From NCBI GenBank assembly GCA_031423155.1, contig JANPEZ010000097.1, forward strand, positions 1,048 to 65,047: a stretch of DNA of 64,000 nt. Direction: 5' to 3'. The notes beneath the pieces are model-generated. The model was not told where the DNA came from. It made no database searches and was given only the letters and a program-made list of their open reading frames with translations. Of the stretch, positions 1 through 8,638 are shown one piece after another (the first letter of the stretch is position 1; every line of letters begins with the position of its first letter). Origin of the DNA: Actinomycetes bacterium. GTDB taxonomy: Bacteria > Actinomycetota > UBA4738 > HRBIN12. The translations under genes and the position numbers were made by a program.

Positions 1-450
1 CCCACTCCAGGCGATCTGCAGGACGAGCCTGGGTTCGTCGCCACCTGCAACACCGCTCACCTGCTCACCCGAGCGGACGCTCGGGTGAGGCCTTCGCAGT
101 CCGATCGCGGCGGCGATGGTCGGAGCTATCTGATCTAGGCCGGTTCCCTCAGGGAGCGCGTCGGGCGATATGCCCGTGCCGAAGAAGACGATCGGAACCC
201 TCGTGTCGGCGACCGACGAGAGCGAGGTCCAAACGGGACCTTCCCCCCGGCCGGTGGAGCCGACGATCAAAGGAACCTTCGTGACGCCCATGACATCGGG
301 AGAACGCCCCGTGCGGAATCCCGCCGAGAGGAGCTCGCGCAGCGATGCGGGCAACGGGCAGAAGGGGACGGCGATGGCCGGGCTCGAGCCGTTGGCCGAA
401 CAGGTCTGAAAGGAGCAGGAGAGGCGAAGCAGGGCTGGTGGGACGGCCAT
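1..450 (-). CDS. Partial ORF running off the window start (candidate ATG at 450, alternative ATG at 291); hypothetical. Contains a VPIVFFGTGISP...LDQIAPTIAAAIGL stretch faintly resembling the C-terminal metal-site motif of AP-superfamily/NPP enzymes
   Basis: Manual minus-strand translation gives an open frame with protein-like composition continuing past coordinate 1. It is absent from the ORF track because no stop lies inside the window. The family assignment is weak. Confidence 0.25.
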   Translation of the reverse strand, partial: MAVPPALLRLSCSFQTCSANGSSPAIAVPFCPLPASLRELLSAGFRTGRSPDVMGVTKVPLIVGSTGRGEGPVWTSLSSVADTRVPIVFFGTGISPDALPEGTGLDQIAPTIAAAIGLRRPHPSVRSGEQVSGVAGGDEPRLVLQIAWSG

Positions 451-550
451 CAGGGCCGAGACCACCACCACGGCTAGCAGTCGTCGAGGCCGGTGTTCGG
501 TGGGGGGCGTCACCCGCCGATAGTAGCCTCGGGTCCGTCGAACGCGGGCC

Positions 551-1600
551 CTAGGCGCCCTTGAGCGGGCCCAGGATGTGCTCGCCGAACAGTTCGACGG
601 CGCGGGCGGCGGTGTCGAAGGCCATCCCGGGATAGTGGAGCCGAACTATCAGATCGAAGTTCTCTCTTCCGGCGAAGGCTTCGACGAGTGGACGAAGCTG
701 GGCTGCGACCTGCCCCGGCGTTCCGGCGATGGTTGCCTTGCGCGCAGCGGCTTCGTCCGAGACTCCCGGTTCGAGGGAATCGTGCGAGGGTGTGTCGTGT
801 CCGGCGTCCCAAGCCTCGTACGCGCCCCATTGATGGATAACGCCCTCGCGAGCGAGCGCCCACGCGTCCTCGCCCTCGGGCGCCACGAAGGTGTTGAGGA
901 AGACCGCCAGGTGAAGCGGCGCCGGATCCTTGCCCGCGTCGCGGGCCCCCGACTCCATCTCCGAGACCGCATGACGCACGAAGTCGATGTCGTCGGCGTC
1001 GGTGATGTGTCCGTCGCCCAACGCTCCGGCGCGCCGCATCGCAGCGTCGACGTAACCCCCCATGAGGATCGGAGGTCCTCCCGATTGGGCGGGAGGCGGG
1101 GTCACGCGCACGTCCTCGTAGTTGAAGACGCTTCCAGCGAAGGAGAATCTCTCGCCGGTGAAGGCGTGACGCAGGATGTGCACGGTGTCGACGGTGCGCG
1201 CGAGCCGCTCGGCGAAGGGGATCCGGAGCATCCGGAACTCCTCCTCGCGCCAGCCGATGCCCAGGCCGATCGTTAGCCGGCCCCCGGAGAGCTGATCGAC
1301 TGTGGCCGCGTCCTCGGCGAGCCGGATCGGATCATGCAGGGGAGTCAGGATGACGCCGGTGCCGAGCCGGATCCGATCGGTCGCCGCCGCGAACGCTCCG
1401 AGCATCGTTAAGAGGGAGGGGAAGTAGCCGTCGGATGAGCCGTGATGTTCAGAGACCCATGCGGAGTCGAACCCGAGGGCCTCCGCCAGCCGAACCAGTT
1501 CGAGGGTCTCGCGGTATTCCTGCTCGAAGGTACGCGGAGAGCCGGCAGGTATCTGCCCGGTGAAGAGCCCGATCCCGAAGCGAACGCTCATGGCCAGCAA
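551..1600 (-). CDS. LLM-class (luciferase-like) flavin/F420-dependent oxidoreductase
   Basis: 349 aa; N-terminal GIGLF...WVSEHH and TIM-barrel LLM motifs (GGRLTIGLGIGW) typical of luciferase-like monooxygenases. Confidence 0.85.
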   Translation of the reverse strand: MLAMSVRFGIGLFTGQIPAGSPRTFEQEYRETLELVRLAEALGFDSAWVSEHHGSSDGYFPSLLTMLGAFAAATDRIRLGTGVILTPLHDPIRLAEDAATVDQLSGGRLTIGLGIGWREEEFRMLRIPFAERLARTVDTVHILRHAFTGERFSFAGSVFNYEDVRVTPPPAQSGGPPILMGGYVDAAMRRAGALGDGHITDADDIDFVRHAVSEMESGARDAGKDPAPLHLAVFLNTFVAPEGEDAWALAREGVIHQWGAYEAWDAGHDTPSHDSLEPGVSDEAAARKATIAGTPGQVAAQLRPLVEAFAGRENFDLIVRLHYPGMAFDTAARAVELFGEHILGPLKGA

Positions 1601-1622
1601 CGCTACCCGCCCCTGCCCGGTC

Positions 1623-1652
1623 TTGACGCCCCGACGGCTGGCCGGTTACGCT
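1623..1652 (+). promoter_or_regulatory. Candidate sigma-70-type promoter TTGACG-18 nt-TACGCT placing the TSS at or next to ATG 1661 (leaderless mRNA)
   Basis: Hexamers read directly in the 60-bp divergent region between the LLM gene and the ABC ATPase. No SD precedes ATG 1661. Confidence 0.3.
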
Positions 1653-1660
1653 GCGTCAAG

Positions 1661-2413
1661 ATGAGTATGAGAACCATTCTCAAAGCTGAGCAAGTCACTT
1701 TCGGCTACACACGCGAGCCGGTCCTGCGTGAAGTGTCGCTCGAGGTTCGAGCCGGTGAGTTCGTCGCACTGGTCGGACCGAACGGATCGGGAAAATCGAC
1801 GCTGCTGAAGATCTTGCTCGGGTCGCTCTCGCCGCAAGCGGGGTCGGTCACCCTCTTCGACGTCCCGGCCCGTTCCTTCGACGAGCGCTGGAGGTTGGGA
1901 TACGTCCCCCAGCGCCCTTCCCTGGCATCCGAAGTGCCGGCGACCGTCGCCGAGATCGTGACCGCCGGACTCCTGAATCGTCGTGGATGGTGGCGCTCAC
2001 TCGCGGCCGAGGATCGGACCGAGGTCGCTCACGCCCTCGAGTCGGTCGGGCTCGGCGGTTCCTCGGGCACGCCCATCGGCGAGCTGTCGGGGGGACAGCA
2101 GCAACGGGCGTTCATCGCGCGCGCCTTCGCCAGCCAGCCGGATCTGTTGGTCCTCGATGAACCGATCGCCGGTGTCGATGCGGAGTCCCAGCGAAGGTTC
2201 CGGGATTCCCTCGTCCACCTGATCCAAGATCACGGCGCGGGAGTGCTGCTCGTGTCGCATGAGCTGTCGGCGGTCGCCCCCGATGTCGACCGCATCATCG
2301 TCCTGAAGGAGCGAGTGTTGTTCGACGGCCCTCCCTCCGAATTGGCGGCGCAGGGGGTATCACTCGGCATCCACCAGGAGGACCTGCCCCTTTGGTTGGA
2401 GGGATTGAAGTGA
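1661..2413 (+). CDS. Metal (Zn/Mn-type) ABC transporter ATP-binding protein
   Basis: Walker A GPNGSGKST, signature LSGGQQQR and Walker B LLVLDEP. The ATG at 1661 is in frame within the longer tracked ORF. Followed by the permease and a Fur-family regulator. Confidence 0.85.
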   Translation: MSMRTILKAEQVTFGYTREPVLREVSLEVRAGEFVALVGPNGSGKSTLLKILLGSLSPQAGSVTLFDVPARSFDERWRLGYVPQRPSLASEVPATVAEIVTAGLLNRRGWWRSLAAEDRTEVAHALESVGLGGSSGTPIGELSGGQQQRAFIARAFASQPDLLVLDEPIAGVDAESQRRFRDSLVHLIQDHGAGVLLVSHELSAVAPDVDRIIVLKERVLFDGPPSELAAQGVSLGIHQEDLPLWLEGLK

Positions 2414-3231
2414 TCGCGGTCTCGCCCGCTTTGCTCGTTCCGCTGGTCGCCTGCGCCGTGATAGGAGGGTTCGCCCCGATGATCGGAACGTTCCTCGTGC
2501 AGAAGCGCTTGTCACTGATCGGCGACGGTATCGGTCACGTAGCGTTCGCCGGAGTCGGAGCCGGATTGCTCACCGGGATATGGCCCGTGTGGACGGCACT
2601 GGTCTTCGCGGTGGTCGGGGCCGTCGGTGTCGAGCTGCTCCGTGCGCGCCGCCGGGTTTCGGGCGACCTGGCGCTGGCGCTCCTCTTCTACACGGGCCTG
2701 GCGCTGGGCGCCGTGTTCGTCAGTCGAACCGGTGGCGCTGACTTCGAGACGTTGACTTATCTGTTCGGTGATCCTTACACCGCAACGGATGCCGAGGTTC
2801 TGACGACGGTTCTCCTGGGAGCCGCCGTAGGAGCGGGCGTGCTGGTCCTTCACCGTGTCCTGTTCGCGGTCGTCACGGACGAGGAATGGGCGCGCGTCGC
2901 CGGGCTCCCGGTCGATCGGATAAACACGATCATGGCCGCGGTGACCGCGGCGGTAGTCGTCGCCGGGATGAGGATCGTAGGCATCTTGCTGATCGCCGCT
3001 CTCATGGTGCTGCCCGTTGCGTCGGCGCAGTTGCTCGCTCGCTCGTTCACCGGAACCCTGCGGGCAGCGGCCGGTATCGGAGCCCTGTCGGCAGCGGCCG
3101 GTCTCCTGATCGGCAGGGCCTTCGACCTGGCGCCGGGGGGAGCGATCGTACTCGTGGCGGCCACAGTCTTCACGGTGGTCGCAGCCGTCAAGCGAGCCGT
3201 ACCCCGTTCGCTAGCATCCGAGGCGCCATGA
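2392..3231 (+). CDS. Metal ABC transporter permease (ABC-3 / ZnuB-MntB family)
   Basis: About 279 aa and highly hydrophobic, with family motifs. Start TTG 2392 or GTG 2410 overlaps the ATPase stop. Confidence 0.85.
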   Translation: MVGGIEVIAVSPALLVPLVACAVIGGFAPMIGTFLVQKRLSLIGDGIGHVAFAGVGAGLLTGIWPVWTALVFAVVGAVGVELLRARRRVSGDLALALLFYTGLALGAVFVSRTGGADFETLTYLFGDPYTATDAEVLTTVLLGAAVGAGVLVLHRVLFAVVTDEEWARVAGLPVDRINTIMAAVTAAVVVAGMRIVGILLIAALMVLPVASAQLLARSFTGTLRAAAGIGALSAAAGLLIGRAFDLAPGGAIVLVAATVFTVVAAVKRAVPRSLASEAP

Positions 3232-3662
3232 CCGAGGAACTGCACGCGACCGTGGCCTCGAAGCTTCATTCGAAAGGTCAGCGATACACGCCCAGGCGGA
3301 GGAAGCTCGTCGAGATACTGGCCGGATCCGCGAGCCCACTGGCCATCCGGGATGTCCTCAAAGGTCGTCGCGACCTGCCGCAGTCATCGGTGTACAGGAA
3401 CCTGGCGACCCTAGAGGCCGCCGGCGTCGTCAGACGAGTCAGTACCGACGACGAGTTCGGTCACTACGAACTGGCCGAGGATCTGACCGAGCACCACCAT
3501 CACCTGATCTGCACCAACTGCGGTGCCGTCGAGGACGTGACGATCCCACGTCGGTTCGAGAAGACGATGGAGGAAACGATGGCGCGTCTGGAGGTCGAGA
3601 CCGGCTGGTCGACGGTAGGGCACAGGCTGGACCTGCTGGGCACGTGCAGGGGATGCGGATGA
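3228..3662 (+). CDS. Fur-family metalloregulator (probably Zur)
   Basis: 144 aa from ATG 3228 (ATGA overlap with the permease stop). HHHHLICxxCG...CxxC metal-site motifs of the Fur family. Context with a metal ABC transporter favours Zur, but Fur/Mur/Nur cannot be excluded. Confidence 0.8.
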   Translation: MTEELHATVASKLHSKGQRYTPRRRKLVEILAGSASPLAIRDVLKGRRDLPQSSVYRNLATLEAAGVVRRVSTDDEFGHYELAEDLTEHHHHLICTNCGAVEDVTIPRRFEKTMEETMARLEVETGWSTVGHRLDLLGTCRGCG

Positions 3663-3708
3663 GGCCCGGGTTGCCGTTTGTCTTCCTGTCGTGTTTCGTA
3701 TCACGACG

Positions 3709-5349
3709 ATGACCCCCCGGCGTCCAGCTCTTGCCGTGCTTGCCCTTGCCCTCTTCGCGGCATCGGGCACCTTCGCGAGCGCTGTCCCCTCCAACGCCGA
3801 CATCGTCAAGGCCGCGTGCTCGCTCACCCACGATGAGCTGCTGAGGACCTGGCAGGGCTACAGCCCCGATCGCAGCCCCGAGTTACAGATCGTGCCGGCC
3901 GAGCCGAACTTCGTCGGCTCGGGCCTGCCCCACGTCGGACCGTGGGACTACGTCCAAGGGGTTCCGATGCTGTGGTACGGGCCCGGATACATCAAGCCGA
4001 TCGGCAAGGTGCAGAAGCCTGTGACCCTGGCCGATGTCGCCCCCACCGTCGCATCTTTGCTGCACTTCGACTTCGCCGCACCGGATGGATCCCCGATGAC
4101 CGATGGGCTCGTTCCGGCCGCGGATCGGCCAGGCTCACCCAAGCTGATCGTCACCATGGTGTGGGATGCGGGGGGTCGAAACGTTCTGGAGGCCCACCCT
4201 CGCTCTTGGCCCTACCTGCAGTCCCTGATACCTCAAGGCGCCTGGTACGAGAATGCCTTCGTCGGTTCGTCGCCGACCAGTACTGCGCAGGTACACGCCA
4301 CGATCGGAACCGGCGCGCTCCCGAGGACCCACGGACTCGTCGGTCACCGCATGCGGATCGGCAACACGCTAACGACGCCGTGGGTGCACGGCCCGGCCTT
4401 CATCGATATTCCGACCCTGGCGGATCTCTATGACCGCGCGATGGGCAACGCACCGATCGTGGGGACCGTCGCGACCGTAAACATCCACTCGGGGATGATG
4501 AGCCACGGCGCCTTCTTCAACGGTGGCGACAAGGACATCATGCTCACCCGTTCGGTGACGGGCGGCGAGACGATCACGGACGAAGGGTTCAAGTGGAACC
4601 TCCCTGGGATCCTGCAGCCCTTCTATTCGATCCCGCCTTACGTCAACGATGTCCCCGGATTCGGAAAGGACGTCGAAGCCGTCGATGCGGCCGACGGAAA
4701 GATCGATGGCAAGTGGAGGAACAACGACATCAACCAGTTGCTGGGCGGGTTCGACACCCCGGCGCGCGTTCCGTATCAGACTCGGGTGGCCGAGGAGATC
4801 ATCAAGCGTGAGGGTTTCGGCGCCGACGAAACCCCAGACCTTCTGTACATCAACTACAAGGAGATCGACTACATCAGTCACATATGGTCGATGAACAGTC
4901 CAGAGATGGACGATGCGGTCCGCGCCCAGGACGATTCGCTGAAGGTGTTCATCGATCTCCTCAACGAACAGGTGGGCGAAGGCAACTGGGTGTTGGTCCT
5001 TACTGCCGACCACGGGGCGATGCCGAGCCCGGAGGTGTCCGGCGCCTTCCAGATCGAGACGGGCCCGGTGGCCGCGGCGATCAACTCTGAGTTCGATCAC
5101 AACGGTGATGAGACCCACGTCGTGCAGTTGATCCAGCCATCCCAGATCTTCATGAACGTCGAGGAGCTGACCAAGAACGGCTACACGCTCGATGACGTGG
5201 CTCGCTTCATCATGACCATGACCAGGCAGGACACAGCGGGCGCCGGCGTCGTTGTCGATCCCGCTCTCGCGGGCGAGAAGGTCTTCCAGGCCTCGTTCCC
5301 CTCGGCGCTGATGAGCGACCTGGCCTGCCTGCCCGAGGCGCGCGCGTGA
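3709..5349 (+). CDS. Secreted AP-superfamily enzyme, nucleotide pyrophosphatase/phosphodiesterase (NPP, PF01663-like), paralog 1
   Basis: Sec signal peptide (MTPRRPALAVLALALFAASGTFASA). NPP motifs MVWDAGG (DGxR-like), SSPTSTAQVHATIGTGALPRTHGLV (PTxTFPNHxTxxTGxxPxxHGIV-like, Thr nucleophile), DYISHIWS (DxxGHxxG) and LTADHGAMP (DHGM). Alternative GTG start at 3691. Confidence 0.8.
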   Translation: MTPRRPALAVLALALFAASGTFASAVPSNADIVKAACSLTHDELLRTWQGYSPDRSPELQIVPAEPNFVGSGLPHVGPWDYVQGVPMLWYGPGYIKPIGKVQKPVTLADVAPTVASLLHFDFAAPDGSPMTDGLVPAADRPGSPKLIVTMVWDAGGRNVLEAHPRSWPYLQSLIPQGAWYENAFVGSSPTSTAQVHATIGTGALPRTHGLVGHRMRIGNTLTTPWVHGPAFIDIPTLADLYDRAMGNAPIVGTVATVNIHSGMMSHGAFFNGGDKDIMLTRSVTGGETITDEGFKWNLPGILQPFYSIPPYVNDVPGFGKDVEAVDAADGKIDGKWRNNDINQLLGGFDTPARVPYQTRVAEEIIKREGFGADETPDLLYINYKEIDYISHIWSMNSPEMDDAVRAQDDSLKVFIDLLNEQVGEGNWVLVLTADHGAMPSPEVSGAFQIETGPVAAAINSEFDHNGDETHVVQLIQPSQIFMNVEELTKNGYTLDDVARFIMTMTRQDTAGAGVVVDPALAGEKVFQASFPSALMSDLACLPEARA

Positions 5350-7019
5350 TCACTCGCCGACGGCTGCCGGCCGTCGTCGCCGTGGGACTGCTCTGGGTTT
5401 CATGTACCCGCTCGAGCTCCACGCCGCCACCGGCTCCCTCGAGCATCCCGGGAGTCGGCGTCCGGGCCTTGGCTTCGCAGCTATGTGAGACCGTTCCCCG
5501 CGAGCTGTTGCTTCGCATCGAGCGCGGAACGATGTTCGGTCGCTCAGGCGAGATCCAGATGCTGCCGAAGGAGCCGAACTTCGTCGCCGGAGGCCTGACC
5601 CACGCGGGTCCCTGGGACTACGTGCAGGACATCCCGATGCTCTGGTACGGGCCTGGCTTCGTCGAAGCTGGAGTGATCGTCGATCGGCCGGTTACGTTGG
5701 CAGACGTTGCGCCGACCCAGGCGGCGTTGCTGAGCTTCGAGGGTTTCGATGCGCCCGACGGCCGCCCGATGTACGAGGCCCTGGCACCTGATCCGCCGCT
5801 GCCTCGGTTGGTCGTCCTCCTGGTCTGGGACGGTGCGGGCCGTGATGTCCTGGATCTTTGGCCCGACGATTGGCCCAACCTCAAGGCGCTGATCCCCGAA
5901 GGCACGTGGTTCGAGAACGCGACCGTGGGAGCCTCGCCTTCGAACACTCCTCCGAGCCATTCGACCATGGGAACCGGGGCTTTCCCTTGGAGGGCCGGTG
6001 TGGTCGATGAGTTCATGCGGTTCGACGGCACGATCCTAAAGCCCTTCGACGAGGGTCCGGGAACGCTGCTGCTGCCGACCCTCGCGGACCTGTACGACCG
6101 GGCGATGGGCAACGCTCCGCTGGTCGGAACGATCGCGACCCTCGATCCTCACGTCGCCATGATGGGTCACGGTAGTCAGTTCGAAGGAGGCGATGCCGAC
6201 CTCGTCGTTGAGCGCCAGCTCGCGAACGCGGAGACGGGTGGGGCCGAGGCATACCGATGGAACCTGACCGCTCAGATGGCGCCCTACTATTCGTTCCCCG
6301 CCTATGCGAACGACGACCCGGGATTCCCCGAGGACCTGCGCGCGCTGGATGCCCGCGACGGGGCACTCGACGGCAAGTGGATCGGCAACGACATCCAGCA
6401 GCTACGTCAGGGGTTCGACACTCCTGCGAGGGTCCCCCTGGAGACCCGCCTTGTCGAGGAGGTGATCCGCCGCGAGGGGTTCGGGGCGGACGCGACGCCC
6501 GACCTGCTGTTCCTCAACTACAAGGTGATCGATACGGTCGGGCATATATTCAGTGCCGACGGTACCGAGATGCAGCAGTCGCTGCGAGCGCAGGACGCCG
6601 ATCTGCCCGTCCTCATCGATGCCCTCAACCGGCTCGTCGGCGAGGGCCGGTGGGTGATGTCTCTGACGGCCGACCACGGTCACCAGCGTGACCCCGCGAT
6701 CACGGGCGCCTTCCAGATAGGGATAGACCAGGTGGAGGCCGCGGTTACCGAACGCTTCGACGACGGAGATGAAGTGCCGGTGATACAGCAGATGCGCCCC
6801 ACTCAGATCTGGCTCGACCTGGATGAGCTTCGCTCCAACGGTCACGACCTTTCGGAGGTAGCGAGCTTCATCATGGGTCTTACCCAGGAGGACACCCTCA
6901 AGGCCGGGATGACCATAGGGCCCGGTCATGAGAGCGATCTCGTCTTCTCGGCCGTCTTCCCGACGACGGCGCTGACGCAGATGGATTGCCTTCCCCGAGC
7001 GCCGAAGGCCACGCCGTGA
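5346..7019 (+). CDS. Secreted/lipoprotein-like NPP-family paralog 2
   Basis: Same motif set (LVWDGAGR, ASPSNTPPSHSTMGTGAFPWRAGVV, DTVGHIFS, LTADHGHQ). ATGA overlap with paralog 1. Signal peptide with Cys (LLWVSC). Confidence 0.8.
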   Translation: MITRRRLPAVVAVGLLWVSCTRSSSTPPPAPSSIPGVGVRALASQLCETVPRELLLRIERGTMFGRSGEIQMLPKEPNFVAGGLTHAGPWDYVQDIPMLWYGPGFVEAGVIVDRPVTLADVAPTQAALLSFEGFDAPDGRPMYEALAPDPPLPRLVVLLVWDGAGRDVLDLWPDDWPNLKALIPEGTWFENATVGASPSNTPPSHSTMGTGAFPWRAGVVDEFMRFDGTILKPFDEGPGTLLLPTLADLYDRAMGNAPLVGTIATLDPHVAMMGHGSQFEGGDADLVVERQLANAETGGAEAYRWNLTAQMAPYYSFPAYANDDPGFPEDLRALDARDGALDGKWIGNDIQQLRQGFDTPARVPLETRLVEEVIRREGFGADATPDLLFLNYKVIDTVGHIFSADGTEMQQSLRAQDADLPVLIDALNRLVGEGRWVMSLTADHGHQRDPAITGAFQIGIDQVEAAVTERFDDGDEVPVIQQMRPTQIWLDLDELRSNGHDLSEVASFIMGLTQEDTLKAGMTIGPGHESDLVFSAVFPTTALTQMDCLPRAPKATP

Positions 7020-8638
7020 AGAAGACGGCACTCGCGCTGGTCTTGCTGCTGGCCGTATCGGCATCGGCCGCTTCGGCGGTGTCGTCGGACCCCGATATCG
7101 CCAGCGCTTGTTCACTGCCCGGCGAACAGCTGCTCAGGATCTGGAGGGGTACCGACCTGGATCGTTCCGGCGACATCCTCTTGGTGCCGGATGAGCCCAA
7201 CTTCCTCGGTTCCAACTACCCTCACTCGGGTCCCTGGGACTACCTGCAGCATGTGCCGATGTTCTGGTACGGACCCGGGATAGTTCCGCCGACCGGCGTC
7301 GTGAAGAGGCCGGTGACGAGCGCGGATATCGCACCGACCCAGGCCGGCTTGCTCAGATTCGACGGGTTCCACGCGCCCGACGGCAAGCTGATGCCCGAGG
7401 TGCTCCCCTCGGATACGCAGACGCCCAAGCTGATCGTGACGATGGTCTGGGACGCGGGCGGGCGCGATGTGCTCAGCGCTTACCCGAACGACTGGCCCGT
7501 CATGAAGTCGCTTATCCCCAAGGGCGTCTGGTTCGAGAACGCTACGGTTGGCTCGTCGCCCTCGATCACCCCGGCGACCCACGCAACGATCGGCGCCGGT
7601 GCCTTCCCGATGCATACGGGGCAGGTCGACGCCGAGTTCAGGGTGGGTCCCGTGCTCACCCGCTCGGGACAGCTGGGACCTCAGCTGTTCACGGCTCCCA
7701 CACTTGCCGACATCTACGACCGAGCCATGGGCAACGAGCCGATCATCGGTGGCATCGCGAGCGTTACCTGGCACCTCAACATGATGAGCCACGGCGCTCT
7801 CTTCAACGGAGGCGACCGCGACATAGCGATCCTTCGCACCCCCTCGCTCGCCGACAACGAGGGCTCGGAGGGAACCGAGTGGAACCTGACCGGCAAGAAC
7901 GCCCCCTGGTACACGTTCCCGAAGTACGTGAACGACCTGCCGCCGCTGTCGCACTTCACTCCGGCACTGGACGCCGCGGACGGTGCGATCGACGGGAAGT
8001 GGGGTCAAGACGACATCTCCCAGCTCGAGGAGGGATGGGCGACGCCTGCTCGCGTCCCCTACCAGGACCGCGTCTACGAAGCCGTCGTCGAACGGGAAGG
8101 CTTCGGCAAGGACGATGTCCCCGACATGCTCTTCATCAACTCGAAGATCATCGATCACATCAGCCACCTCTACAGCCTCAACAGCGTCGAGATGCAGGAC
8201 ACCCTCCGGTGGCAGGACGCGAGCCTCAAGGACATGATCCGCATGCTCAACTCGGCCGCCGGCAAGGGCAACTGGGTGCTGTTGATAACCGCCGACCACG
8301 GCGCGCAGTTCGATCCGGCGGTGTCCGGGGCTTTCCAGGTGACTCCCTCGGCTCTGGAGAGCGACCTGGAGGCTGCTTTCGATGAGGACTCCGACGCCGA
8401 CCCGGTCGTACAGGCGGTGAGGACCAGCGAGATCTTCCTGTTCACCGACGAGCTCGAGCAGAACGGATTCACCGCTCGAGACGTCGCGGACTTCATCCGC
8501 AACTACACGCGCGGTCAGGCCTCGCCGAACCCCTCGAGCATGCCTGCCTCCGAGCAGGGGCAGAAGGTTTTCGCTTCGGCCTTCGTGTCGGCTATCTTCT
8601 CCGAGCCGTTGTCCTGTCTCCCGGAGGCTCAAGAATGA
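7016..8638 (+). CDS. Secreted NPP-family paralog 3
   Basis: GTG 7016 overlaps the paralog 2 stop (GTGA). Motifs MVWDAGGR, SSPSITPATHATIGAGAFPMHTGQV, DHISHLYS, ITADHGAQ. Sec signal peptide. Confidence 0.8.
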   Translation: MKKTALALVLLLAVSASAASAVSSDPDIASACSLPGEQLLRIWRGTDLDRSGDILLVPDEPNFLGSNYPHSGPWDYLQHVPMFWYGPGIVPPTGVVKRPVTSADIAPTQAGLLRFDGFHAPDGKLMPEVLPSDTQTPKLIVTMVWDAGGRDVLSAYPNDWPVMKSLIPKGVWFENATVGSSPSITPATHATIGAGAFPMHTGQVDAEFRVGPVLTRSGQLGPQLFTAPTLADIYDRAMGNEPIIGGIASVTWHLNMMSHGALFNGGDRDIAILRTPSLADNEGSEGTEWNLTGKNAPWYTFPKYVNDLPPLSHFTPALDAADGAIDGKWGQDDISQLEEGWATPARVPYQDRVYEAVVEREGFGKDDVPDMLFINSKIIDHISHLYSLNSVEMQDTLRWQDASLKDMIRMLNSAAGKGNWVLLITADHGAQFDPAVSGAFQVTPSALESDLEAAFDEDSDADPVVQAVRTSEIFLFTDELEQNGFTARDVADFIRNYTRGQASPNPSSMPASEQGQKVFASAFVSAIFSEPLSCLPEAQE

